Source: Chara braunii
Lineage: Eukaryota; Plantae; Charophyceae
Direction: 5' to 3'
Length of the DNA stretch: 51,862 bases
Assembly: GCA_003427395.1 (NCBI GenBank)
Contig: BFEA01000014.1
Span: forward strand, 5,097,643 to 5,149,504
Positions 1 through 9,747 of the stretch are shown one piece after another. Under the pieces are notes generated by a model, which saw only the letters and a program-made list of their open reading frames with translations, made no database searches and had not been told where the DNA came from. Position 1 is the stretch's first letter, and every line of letters begins with the position of its first letter. A program made the translations under genes and the position numbers.

Positions 1-61
<61 letters not shown>

Positions 62-495
62 GGTAGCTGTCAGAAATAGGTAGTGTGTATCAGCCTTACC
101 TAGGGAGTCAGGAGGTAGAGGTAGAGAACGGGTGATGGAGCGCATTGTGGGAGAGAGAATGGGCTTGTGGAAGAGAGCCATAGCTCGCCATGTGTAAGCG
201 AAAGGACTGAAGTTGTTCATAATTTGAATCTTCCAGCACACAGTAGTTGACTGCAAATGACCTCGTTCTTCAAAATCGGCGCAGACACATTTTCTAGGGT
301 CGTAGGTTTTTTGATCCAGAGTCAAGATTCAGTGGTCAAAGTGTGCATCTCTAGCTATATATAGAAGGGCGTCAGAAGAGTCCTTAGTCCTTAGGTCGAT
401 AGGTGATAGGTACTCAGCCAAGTGTCGAAAGAGGCACCCTGGACCCCCTGAAGCAAGTAATTGACTTTTTGGAAAGTCAAGAGTCAGGCCCAACT

Positions 496-525
496 GTCCT
501 CTGGGACATCCGTTAAAATTGGAAC

Positions 526-564
<39 letters not shown>

Positions 565-848
565 TGGAACTGTACAGAGAAGTGAAGATTCGCATGACCC
601 CTGCGAGCTTCCATGGCATCTTGACAACTACGTCCTGGCCTAAATCCATAAGAGTGAGGTTCAAAACGGGCTTCCCATTCGGGTTCTAGAACCATTTTAG
701 CTAATGCCTGTTTAGCTCGATCCGAAAAAGGAAGTGGTTCCATCCCGTCCAAGTTTGGCCATCGAACTTCAGTGTTCGAACTAATTCCATTTTTCCTCTC
801 GTCGCAAGGATGATACACATGAATCGAGAAATGGTCCAATTTTTTTTT
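496..848 (+). pseudogene. U6 snRNA retrocopy 1, interrupted by a poly(A) insertion and a group II intron RT fragment
   Basis: GTCCTCTGGGACATCCGTTAAAATTGGAAC...ACAGAGAAG...GATTCGCATGACCCCTGCG (496-605), resuming GCAAGGATGATACACATGAATCGAGAAATGGTCCAATTTTT (804-848). A-rich tail; TSD TCAGGCCC(A/G)ACT at 484-495 and 876-887. Confidence 0.92.
606..802 (-). pseudogene. Fragment of a group II intron-encoded reverse transcriptase/maturase ORF (organellar/cyanobacterial type)
   Basis: Minus strand encodes DRAKQALAKMVLEPEWEARFEPHSYGFRPGRSCQDAMEA (RT2/2a signature). An upstream piece in another frame reads MELVRTLKFDGQ (RT0/1-like); the intervening segment is deleted. Confidence 0.88.
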
Positions 849-1406
849 AAAGAAAAAAGGAAAAAAAAAGAATATTCAGGCCCGACTCGCGGACAATAGT
901 CAAAGTGTCAGAGAGAGATTTCATAGGAGTCGATCATGACCAGATATCTCACACACATCCCAAGGCTGAGTGGAGTGCTCCAGAAGCTCTCGAGGCCTGC
1001 TGGGTACCGACACACTTTGGGTGGCAACAAATCTGGGCCATCCAAGATCAAGTCCTTGTGTACTTTCCTTATTTATTCTAGCCAAAGCCGGGAAAAGGCG
1101 GCCCCAAAGAAACTACAAGAATGAATACAGCACACAAGGGGGGATATATTCAAATGGTTTCGCAAGGAATGCATATGAGATGCTGGACCCGGATTCCAGC
1201 AGGTGCTGCTCCCCGCCGCTAATAGACCGGAGCGATCTGTGGCAGGTGCTTCTAGAGGAGGCGGACGCTCATATCACCCCCTCTAGCACACTGGCATGCG
1301 GTTTTGTCCAAAAAAGAAAAAAAGAAAAGGAATTCTCAGCCACACAAGGAGGCAAGAGGGAGGCAGCCAGAGCTGAGTCAACAAGATAGAAGACTGACCT
1401 GCCCTA

Positions 1407-1511
1407 CCGTCTTCACCCGAATATAATGCCCGGTCATTATAACTGTATCTGGCACAACTTTCAGCCCAGATACGACGATAATTATGGGGCGTTCTATTCA
1501 GGTAAAGACGG
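1407..1511. mobile_element. ~105-bp Tc1/mariner-type MITE, copy A
   Basis: TA|CCGTCTT...AAGACGG|TA, near-palindromic, with a TA TSD. Confidence 0.8.
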
Positions 1512-1797
1512 TAGTTGGCTCATTCATTCTTGCCTCAGCCCCCTTCTTTTTTCTTCGCGACTCTCCTCTTGCAACAAACCTTCAATGCGAATTTGCGAAC
1601 ACCGATGTTCTGAGCTGCAAAAGCCTCAAAGCAGGACAAATGTCAAGTGGAGTTGAAAGTAAGATCACAAAGCTGAAATCACGCCAACTGAGAACATACA
1701 TGCGCTGACGTCTGTCGATAAAGAAAGCCCAACTTATCGCCTCGGCTCATCAATACAACCACAATGTAGCCGCTCTAGTATGATGTCACAACCTACA

Positions 1798-1800
<3 letters not shown>

Positions 1801-1869
<69 letters not shown>

Positions 1870-2132
1870 CATCCTACTTCTCTCCCTTACACTGTTTTCT
1901 CTCTCTGTCCAGTGCCCTCTCTCCTAGCAATGTTTGTTTGTCACCCAGACTCAATGCCAACCCACTTCCAACCCCAGTGCAGGTAAGGCCCTCTCTCTCT
2001 CTCTCTCTCCACATCCTACTTCTCTCCCTTACACTGTTTTCTCTCTCTGTCCAGTGCCCTCTCTCCTAGCAATGTTTGTTTGTCACCCAGACTCAATGCC
2101 AACCCACTTCCAACCCCAGTGCAGGTAAGGCC
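1801..2132. repeat. (CT)n followed by a near-perfect 142-bp tandem duplication
   Basis: CCACATCCTACTTC...GCAGGTAAGGCC occurs twice. Confidence 0.9.
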
Positions 2133-3017
2133 GCTGCTGGGTAGAGCAGCTACTGCTGCTGCTGCCTGCTTCTCACTTTCTCTTCCTCAATGAGCGCTGG
2201 ACTGGCCGCTGGCACTTGTGCAAAGCGAGCACTGAAAGCCAGTACCTCCGGATGTGTAGAATGCTGTGGCCTCCTCCCTTTTGTTCCTTCCTGGAGACCC
2301 TGTCTGAGTTTCTGACGACCGATTGGGCTTGAGCCTGGATTGCTAGACGCCGCAACTGACACGGAGGCCGGGCCTACTGGGTAGTTGGAGAGGCGGTGGT
2401 CCCGCCCCCAAATCCAATTGGATCATACCAGCTTTCACTCAGGGCTGGTGGATTTTTCTTTCTGCCATGGCCTTCACTTAGGGCCGGACATTTATTTTGT
2501 GGGTGGGCCCCTGCGAAGGGTTGTCGAAGCTTGAAGTCGCTTTCCAGCGCCCTTAGGTTCAAAGCCCTTGGCAGAACCCTTAACACCACCAGCACCTACC
2601 ACATTTTTGTAACCCCCCGGCTCGAATGAATATGAACCCAAGGGGCAGACCGATTCGGCTACCGCGTTAATGGATGCGCCAACCGTTAGGTACTGATGGT
2701 TTAATCTTACCTTTGCTTCCCTTTTATAGCCCTCTCATAACGAAAAAAAGGGCTTTGAAGTTTGAACCACTTCTACTTTTTTTTTTCTTTTTTTTTTTTT
2801 TGAGATGCAGACTTGGTTAGTTATTCTCTGGTATATCTAGATGAGCCTTGAAAGCCACTCTGAAATGCATCTGCGGATTGAGTGCTCTTCCATTACCCGT
2901 GACTTTTGCACAGGCATGGCGCATACGGAGGGGAACACTCTTCCATTACCTGTGACTTCCTTGCGCAGGGATGATTAGCATTCCCTCCGTCTTTTTTTGT
3001 TGTTTTTTTTTGTTTGT

Positions 3018-3120
3018 AATTTGGACCGTTTCTCGGTTTATGCGTGTCGTCCTTGCGCAGGGACGATGCTAATCTTCATTCGCTGTCTCATTCAATTTTT
3101 TAACGGATGTCCCAAAGGAG
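3018..3120 (-). pseudogene. U6 snRNA retrocopy 2 (near full length, diverged)
   Basis: Reverse complement reads CCTTTGGGACATCCGTTAAAA...ACAGCGAATGAAGATTAGCATCGTCCCTGCGCAAGGACGACACGCATAAACCGAGAAACGGTCCAAATT, followed by an A-rich tail. Confidence 0.9.
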
Positions 3121-3344
3121 TCACGGGCATGCTTTCTAGCTTCACCCCTGGCCAACTTTCTTGCCGCACGGGCCTTGTGCATGCGTGCTGGGTCTTCACT
3201 CGCTCACTTGTTGATGAAAGTAACGTGGGACCTGGGACTTGGGACCTGGGACTGTCCCTCACCCATTGCCGCACAGCACTGAGCACGCACGAAGTGCACA
3301 TGAGATAGGCATCCAAAGATAGGCTCTGCAAGGTCAACTCGTAC

Positions 3345-3900
3345 GTACAATGGCCGCCGGCAACAGCACACAGGTATGGTCTCTCCCTCGTGTACCCTAC
3401 TCTCGGGCTCAAGTCCTCTTTGAATACCACCTCCGGCCCCCTCCCGCTCTCCCCCAGACTATATAGCTATGGGCGCCTAGCGCCGTCGACATGCAGGAGC
3501 ACACAATAGTGCAGCAGTGATGTCTTCNNNNNNNNNNNNNNNNNNNNNNNNNNNNNNNNNNNNNNNNNNNNNNNNNNNNNNNNNNNNNNNNNNNNNNNNN
3601 NNNNNNNNNNNNNNNNNCTCCCCCAGACTATATAGCTATGGGCGCCTAGCGCCGTTGACCTGCAGGAGCACACAATAGTGCAGCAGTGATGTCTTCTTCA
3701 TGGCTGGACGGCAATGGCCGCTGGCAACAACACACAGGTATGGTCTCACTCTCTCTTTCCCTCTCCCTCTCCCTCTCGTACCCTACTCTTGGCCTAAAGT
3801 CCTCTTTGAATACCCCCTGCCCCCTCTCTCTCTCCTAGACTAGAGCTATGGGCGCCTAGCGCCGTCGACCTGCAGCAGCACACGATAGTGCATCAGCGCT
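3345..3900. repeat. Tandem repeat spanning an assembly gap (N run 3528-3617)
   Basis: AGCTATGGGCGCCTAGCGCCGT occurs three times, with shared flanks. Confidence 0.8.
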
Positions 3901-4301
3901 TCCACCTCGGCACGCCAGTGAATATGTGTTGACGACTTGCACAATTGCATGCTTGTATGCAGTGAATGGCCTTCGGGACTTCCTGTACCGGTACCAGACT
4001 GGATGTTGTTGCTTCTGGAATGTGTACAGCACCATATGGTATACCATATGGTATACCACTCACGTCTGGCGGACCTTCCATCGTCCGGAAGGTTACTAGA
4101 TTTCTAGTGTTAAGGGTCTCCTAGATTGCATCCTCATTTTATGGTGTTTGTAATTGCATCTGCTAACTTGCACGCTTTCGGTGTCTGTCACTGCATGTAC
4201 CTCGCTGCCATGACTCAGGGTCTAGGGGCTCCAGTGCGTTAGTGCGTCGAGCAAAGCAGGCAGAGAAACAAAAGCTCCCTCATCGCACTAAGCATACTGC
4301 T

Positions 4302-4367
4302 ATGGAGGACACTCGAACAGATCACCGCCCCCCTCGACACACGACGTCCAAGTATGATTTTGTCAAG
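4302..4367 (+). CDS. Exon 1 of 2-phosphoglycerate-kinase-like P-loop NTPase (MEDTRTDHRPPRHTTSKYDFVK)
   Basis: ATG at 4302 and 22 codons ending AAG|GTAAAC (donor at 4368). SKYDFVK joins in phase 0 to VKVWLGD of exon 2, rebuilding the conserved plant motif SKYDFVKVKVWLGD. Further upstream exons cannot be excluded. Confidence 0.85.
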
Positions 4368-5509
4368 GTAAACAAAAGACCCAGTACTCCTCCCTGTATT
4401 GTCCCCTCCTTCTCTCCCTTTATTGCCCCCTCCCTCGCTCCCATCTTGCGTACTCCCTGCCTCTGTGGACTTCTCCCTCCCTCCCTCCCTCCCTCCCTCC
4501 CTCCCTGGATTGCCCCCTCCGTCCCTCACTCCCTGGACCACTCCGTCACTCCTCCCTGGATTGTTCCCTCCCCGGATACCTCCCTCCCTCTCTCTCTCCC
4601 TCCCTCGCTCCCTCCCTGGCTCGCTTTTGCCTGTGTCTGCATGTTTGTGCATGTTGTCTCCCTTCCATGCATGTACTGCAATTGGGTAGCTGCCTCTGTG
4701 ATCTATCCTGCCTTTCATGTTCTTTCTCTTCTTCTGTTTCCTGTCGTTTTTTTTTCGTTTTTTTTCCCCTTGTCCTTCTGTGTGTTCATGGCAGCCCTTG
4801 CGATGTTGGCAAGGATATCGGACGGTTCGATTTGGCCAAATTTGTTGAATGTCATTTTCAAGTGGCACGGTCCATTACACAGTCCGTTAGGCGGCAGTGC
4901 TATTTCCCTCCTTTGAGGGATTTTCTTTTCTTTTCTTTTCTTTTTCCCGCGCCTCTTTGGGCCATCAGCAGGCTGAGTGTTGGTGCTCTGGTGCAGCTGT
5001 GTTTGGGGCTGCTGGAACTCCCGTGGTACATATGTAGTTGGGGCCATCGGGGAGCTTTTGGGTTGAGGATGGGGTTGTTTGTCCTGGGATAAAAAAAAAA
5101 GGGCGATGGCCTTGAGATATCATCATTGAACTGACCTGACCCAGGTAACTCGGAATGAATCTATTATGCTGATCTTGTTGTGTCGGGATTCGAACTTCGA
5201 TCTGTATTTCAACAGTTCGTTGGGTGTAGCAACTGAGCCAGGCCTGTTGGTGCATCCTTGGATTTTTCAAAATTTGTGCGGAAGTTTTTTGAGTTGGTCT
5301 TGACTTCTTGAGATTTTGTTGGGGCGGACATTGGACTCCTTAGAAGTTAGTTATTTTGACAGGCATGGGGGGGCTCGACATGGGGACCACCTGTGTGGAC
5401 AGGCAGTGCGAGTAAGAGTTTAAGAGATGAACTGGGACTGCGACAGGGGAGGGACTGTGCAATTCATGGGATGGGGATGGTACTACCTACCTTCCAGGAG
5501 ACTACCCTA

Positions 5510-5615
5510 CCGTCGTCACACGAATAGAACGCCTGGTCATTATGGCGGTATCTAGACTGAAAGTTGCCCCAAATACAGCTATGATGACCGGGCGTTATAT
5601 TCGGGTGGAAGACGG
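5510..5615. mobile_element. ~105-bp Tc1/mariner-type MITE, copy B (intronic)
   Basis: TA|CCGTC...GAAGACGG|TA; similar to copy A in the opposite orientation. Confidence 0.8.
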
Positions 5616-5734
5616 TAGGGAGCAAAAGAAGGGAAAAGGAACGATTTGTCCTTCCATCCGGGAGACAGTAGTCGTACTGTGCACTTCCTGAAGAACTGGC
5701 GGGTGGGCCAGCGAATCGCATCCAGGAGAGAAGT

Positions 5735-6182
5735 GCCCACGTCGGTTCATTCTTTTACTGACATGCAACAGAAATCGGGAAAAAGAGGCTTGGAGGTACT
5801 GGTGGTTTGATCGCGCAAACGAGTCCGCCGCGGCGTCACGAACCTTAGGACGGGAACGAGCAACGGAGGAAAAGAACAGAACCCAGATGAGAAGCAAAAT
5901 CTCTTCAGTGGAATTTCATGCCCATGTCCATCCAGGACATTGCTGTGTTTTCTATGTTGGCGGTGACTCAGTGTCGTTGTACATGGATGGACATGCACAT
6001 GGAGTTCCAGTGATGAGTTTTTGCTTCGCATCTGAGTTCTGTTCTTTTCTCTGTTGCTCGCTCCCGTCCTACGGTTCGTAAAGCCGCTGCGGACTCGTTT
6101 GCCCGATCAAAGCACCAGTACTGCCGAGCTTCTTTTCCCCGATTTCTGTTGCGTGTCAATAAAAGAATGAACTGCCGTGGGC
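5735..6182. repeat. Long inverted repeat (foldback), ~200-bp arms, in the host intron
   Basis: GCCCACGTCGGTTCATTCTTTTA... pairs with ...TAAAAGAATGAACTGCCGTGGGC across a short central loop. Confidence 0.9.
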
Positions 6183-6271
6183 TTTTTTTTTTTTTTTTTT
6201 TTTCTTCTGGCCTGGTGCCGCCAGCTGTTTTGATTCGGCAGGCCAAGTCCCGAAGGACATCGTGCGTTAGG

Positions 6272-6335
6272 ATAGGGGTCAGTGCAGAACGCCTGCCCTC
6301 AGAACCACACGTGACAGTTTCCCGTCATGCAGCTC
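6272..6335 (-). ncRNA. Group II intron domain V + domain VI (3' end), probably an organelle-derived relic
   Basis: Reverse complement GAGCTGCATGACGGGAAACTGTCACGTGTGGTTC is a canonical 34-nt DV (AGC triad, GAAA loop). It is followed by a DVI-like stem with a bulged A ending ...CTGACCCCTAT (AY terminus). Confidence 0.88.
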
Positions 6336-6627
6336 GCCCCCCAAAACCTTAGCCTTGTTTGTGGGCTCGGGAAGGGAAGCTGACAAACAGCTTCGGTTCG
6401 CGCCTTCCGACTCTTAATTGTCTGGAATCAATCACATCTGAGCCATGGTCATTGAAGTGGCTGGGAATGGTGCTAGTGCTTCATAAGCAATTTAGGCCGT
6501 TGACAAGGAAGTTCAACACGGCCGATATCGCTTGATCCATGCAAGTGGACCTTGCCCCTGGTGGTGGTCCTCCAATATTTCGTTCTTGTGGCCGCTCCCT
6601 GTTGTGTGATCTATGTGTTGTGCTTTC

Positions 6628-6661
<34 letters not shown>

Positions 6662-8869
6662 CTTTTTTTTTTTTTCCAAATGCAGTCGCTGTGTAGTGGC
6701 GCGAACACTTTTTCACTGATCTGATTTCAGGAGGATATGATCAATTACCCCGGCGCACCCTCACCCCCCTGTTGTGTGATCTTTGTGTTGTGCTTTCGTT
6801 TTTTATTTATTTATTTATTTATTTTTTAATGCAGTTGCCGCTAATGTAGTAACCTGCTCAAAACATGCTACTGTCGTCGGCCAGGGGCCGCCCACAGGCC
6901 ACAGTAAGGCCCTGTGCCAGACGGTACCCAAACAAGGCCCCGAAACGAGGCTTCAGAGGCCCTGCGCCCGACAGTTGACTGAAGAAAGTCAACTGGAGGT
7001 TGGAAATTGAGCCTCACGAAATTGAGCCTCACGAGTCAAAGTCTGCACGGACCCAGTCCAGGCCACCGATCAGATACGCACATTTGACTGTATGCAGGTA
7101 TCCGGGCCAAATCTGGTCCAAGTGGAAGTCTGCAACTGTATGAGATCCAGGCCATCGACTGCGAGTCAATCTGAGCCCTCGTATCCGGGAGACCAGAGGC
7201 TGGTCAACTTGCGACTACACTACTTATTGATTCAGGCCCGCTCATCGACATTCAGTCTTGCACTTGCTGCTCGACGCTGGCACGACGCTGGCATGACGCT
7301 GGCATGGCCCTGGCACGGCGCTGGCATGATGCTGGGACAGCGCTGGCATTGTGTGTGACGACGAGCTGAGACTGCTGCATTGTGTTGCTGCCGCCTCTCT
7401 GTTGTTGGCGCTAGCTGAGGTATTGGGTATTGATTGCCTACGTGGCACTTGCGACATTGTCTTCGACACAGCGTGGGGTATCGACAAGGAGGGAGATCAG
7501 GGCTGTGAGATTGGCTGTGAGAGAGAGGTAAGCTTACCTGATTATTGTTGTCGACATTGCGCACTGCTGTGACGTCTTCATGGGAGATCTGTGCCTACGT
7601 GGCACTATGTTGTAATCGGTTCTCGCCAGGCTCGTCTTTGGGGTGCTGTACGCTGACGTGGACAGAGGGGAGATGCCCAAAGGAGGAGTGTGACGCGAGG
7701 GAGATCGATCTTCGATGACATTGATGGATACTTTTCTCTTCCAGCCTCTAAGTCTTATCTCTCTCCTATCAGCTTCGTCCCTTGGTTACGAGACGTTGTA
7801 CTTCGGATCACGTTCATGATTATCGGAGACATTGATTTGCGCCGAGAGTCCGAGACATCTTGTACTTTGACTTGACGAGGTTTCCGATTGACTGGGCTCA
7901 TTGCTTTAAGTTGCTGTAACACTTTTCTCACTGATCTGATTTCAGGAGGATATGATCAATTACCCCGGCGCACCCCCCTCTGTCCAACTTTAGTGTGGAC
8001 CACCCAGGCTGAGCGGGGGGACCACCACTACTTCCCCACTCAGCCCTGGTTGAAGTGGACGCCGTGCAGGCCCTGTTGCGTGGGTTCTTCGGGAGCTAGG
8101 TGTGAACGTGCGACTACAGGTCTTGCCTGAGAGGGTTTAGACTCCCCTCTGCCAGCAATCGGTATTGTATTATTGTTGTTATGACCTGGGGCCCGCAGGA
8201 TATGAGTCGAACTATAGCCTATAGACATCGCGGGCAGTGTCTAATGGCGTCTCCCCAGCCAAGGTCTAACCTCATGACATCCCCTCTGAAGCCCAGGTTA
8301 CCTACCTTTTTTTTTTTTTTTTTTTTTTTTTTGAAGCCCAGATTACCTGCCTAGTGATACTGTTGTTGTGGTTATTCTGAACGTTATTTGATTGGATGCC
8401 AGTCTGTTTGGATCCTAGCCTTCTGTCATCAGTGGGTTCTCTGGTCCAGTCATCCATTACCTCACCTCGGTCATGAGCTAGATCCCTCTGTAGTTGTTAT
8501 ACGGTTGTAAACGGCCCTTAGTCGCCGTCATTAGTATGTAGGAGGCGGCCACCATCCGTTCCATTAATTCCGTCATGAACTAGGGTCGCTGTTAGAGTTT
8601 TGTATTAGGACGGGACGGGGACAATCTTATGTTGGAGGATCCCCCTCAGACAGCAGCCCCTACTGCAGGTTCCCCAACGATCTCCTTCACTAGAGTCTGT
8701 GGGGTCCCTAAGACAACCCCTACTGTAGGTTCCCCCCCAGTATCCTCCAGCAGAGCTTGTCCCAACCAGGCCGCCCCTGAAACAGGACCCCATCACCCCA
8801 CCTAGGACCTTGGGCCCCGAAAGCAGAGCCGTAATCCTACCTGCATCCCCACTATAGCCATGGAATATG

Positions 8870-9236
8870 CTCAACCCAGCCCAACCGGATTTGAACCCGC
8901 AACCTCCACGAGACAGCTACTAGCTCAAACCTACCGAGCTACTATAACACCTGGTCTGTTTATGCGCTGTTCTAGACTGGAAGACAAGCGCGTTGGGTAC
9001 CACACTAACACCAACGAATTGTGCGCGGGGACGACCGAGGGCCGACAGAATGGAACCTGCAACCTCCCCGTTACAACGCCGGAGCTCAACCCACTGCTAC
9101 CGGATACTTTCTTACCAACTGGCTGTCTCGAAGGTCAGACGCCAAGCATGCCGAAGGCAGCGTCGTGGGGGTAATGGGAGTTGAACCCATGACCTCCTGA
9201 GTGCCCCTTGAGCACCTTACGAACTGAGCTACACCC
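8870..9236 (-). mobile_element. Three tandem tRNA-like units (tRNA-derived SINE or tRNA pseudogenes)
   Basis: Minus-strand A/B boxes: GGTGTAGCTCAGTTCG...GGTTCAACTCCC (~9236-9166), GGTAGCAGTGGG...GGTTCCATTC (~9105-9040), and TAGCTCGGTAGG...GGTTCAAATCC (~8943-8870). Confidence 0.65.
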
Positions 9237-9747
9237 ACTTGATCTGTTGATCCAGAATTACGTGTGTGTAACGGTGTTCTTTCGTTTGCACTTTCTCTTT
9301 TTTCAATTTTTTATTATTATTTTAAAGAAAGGAGTATCTCCTGACACTATTGCATCGATCTTATTTCAGGAGGATTCGAACTCTTGATCTTTTTCTAGAC
9401 AGTTACATGTCTGTACCATTCAGCAATGTGAGGCAGGTTCTTTTGCACCGCCTCTTGCTCTTTCTCGTGACCCAAAAAGTCCTTTTCGTTGTCTTATTTA
9501 TTGTTTCCTCCGCTTCTTTCAAGTCTTTGTTTCCTTCTGAAGATTCTCTGTTCTTTTTCTTTTTCTTTTTCTTTTTCTTTTTTTTTTTTATATTTGGGTG
9601 GGTGAGGGTTAGGAGGAGGGGCACTGTCATGCGATTGTTTTTTTTTGTTTTTGTTTCTTTTTTTTTTTTTTTTTTTGTTGTCGTCTCTTTCTTTTTGTGT
9701 AATTCTTTTTCTGTTTGTTTGCTTGTCGCCTTGTGTTGTCATTGCAG

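Noticed and set aside
60-480. Possible LINE ORF2 C-terminal remnant on the minus strand
   Set aside because: No diagnostic motif (CCHC or RT) recognisable, so too weak to call.
528-839. 103-aa ORF as a functional maturase
   Set aside because: A chimeric frame across antisense U6 and a deleted RT fragment; it lacks YADD and domain X.
4242-4916. 224-aa ORF as a complete protein
   Set aside because: Only 4302-4367 matches the family; the rest reads through the donor site into C/T-rich intron.
6235-6270. HDVLRDLA peptide (NB-ARC MHD-like) on the minus strand, and PLALTI near 18190
   Set aside because: Isolated 6-8 aa matches with no surrounding NB-ARC motifs or ORF; likely chance.
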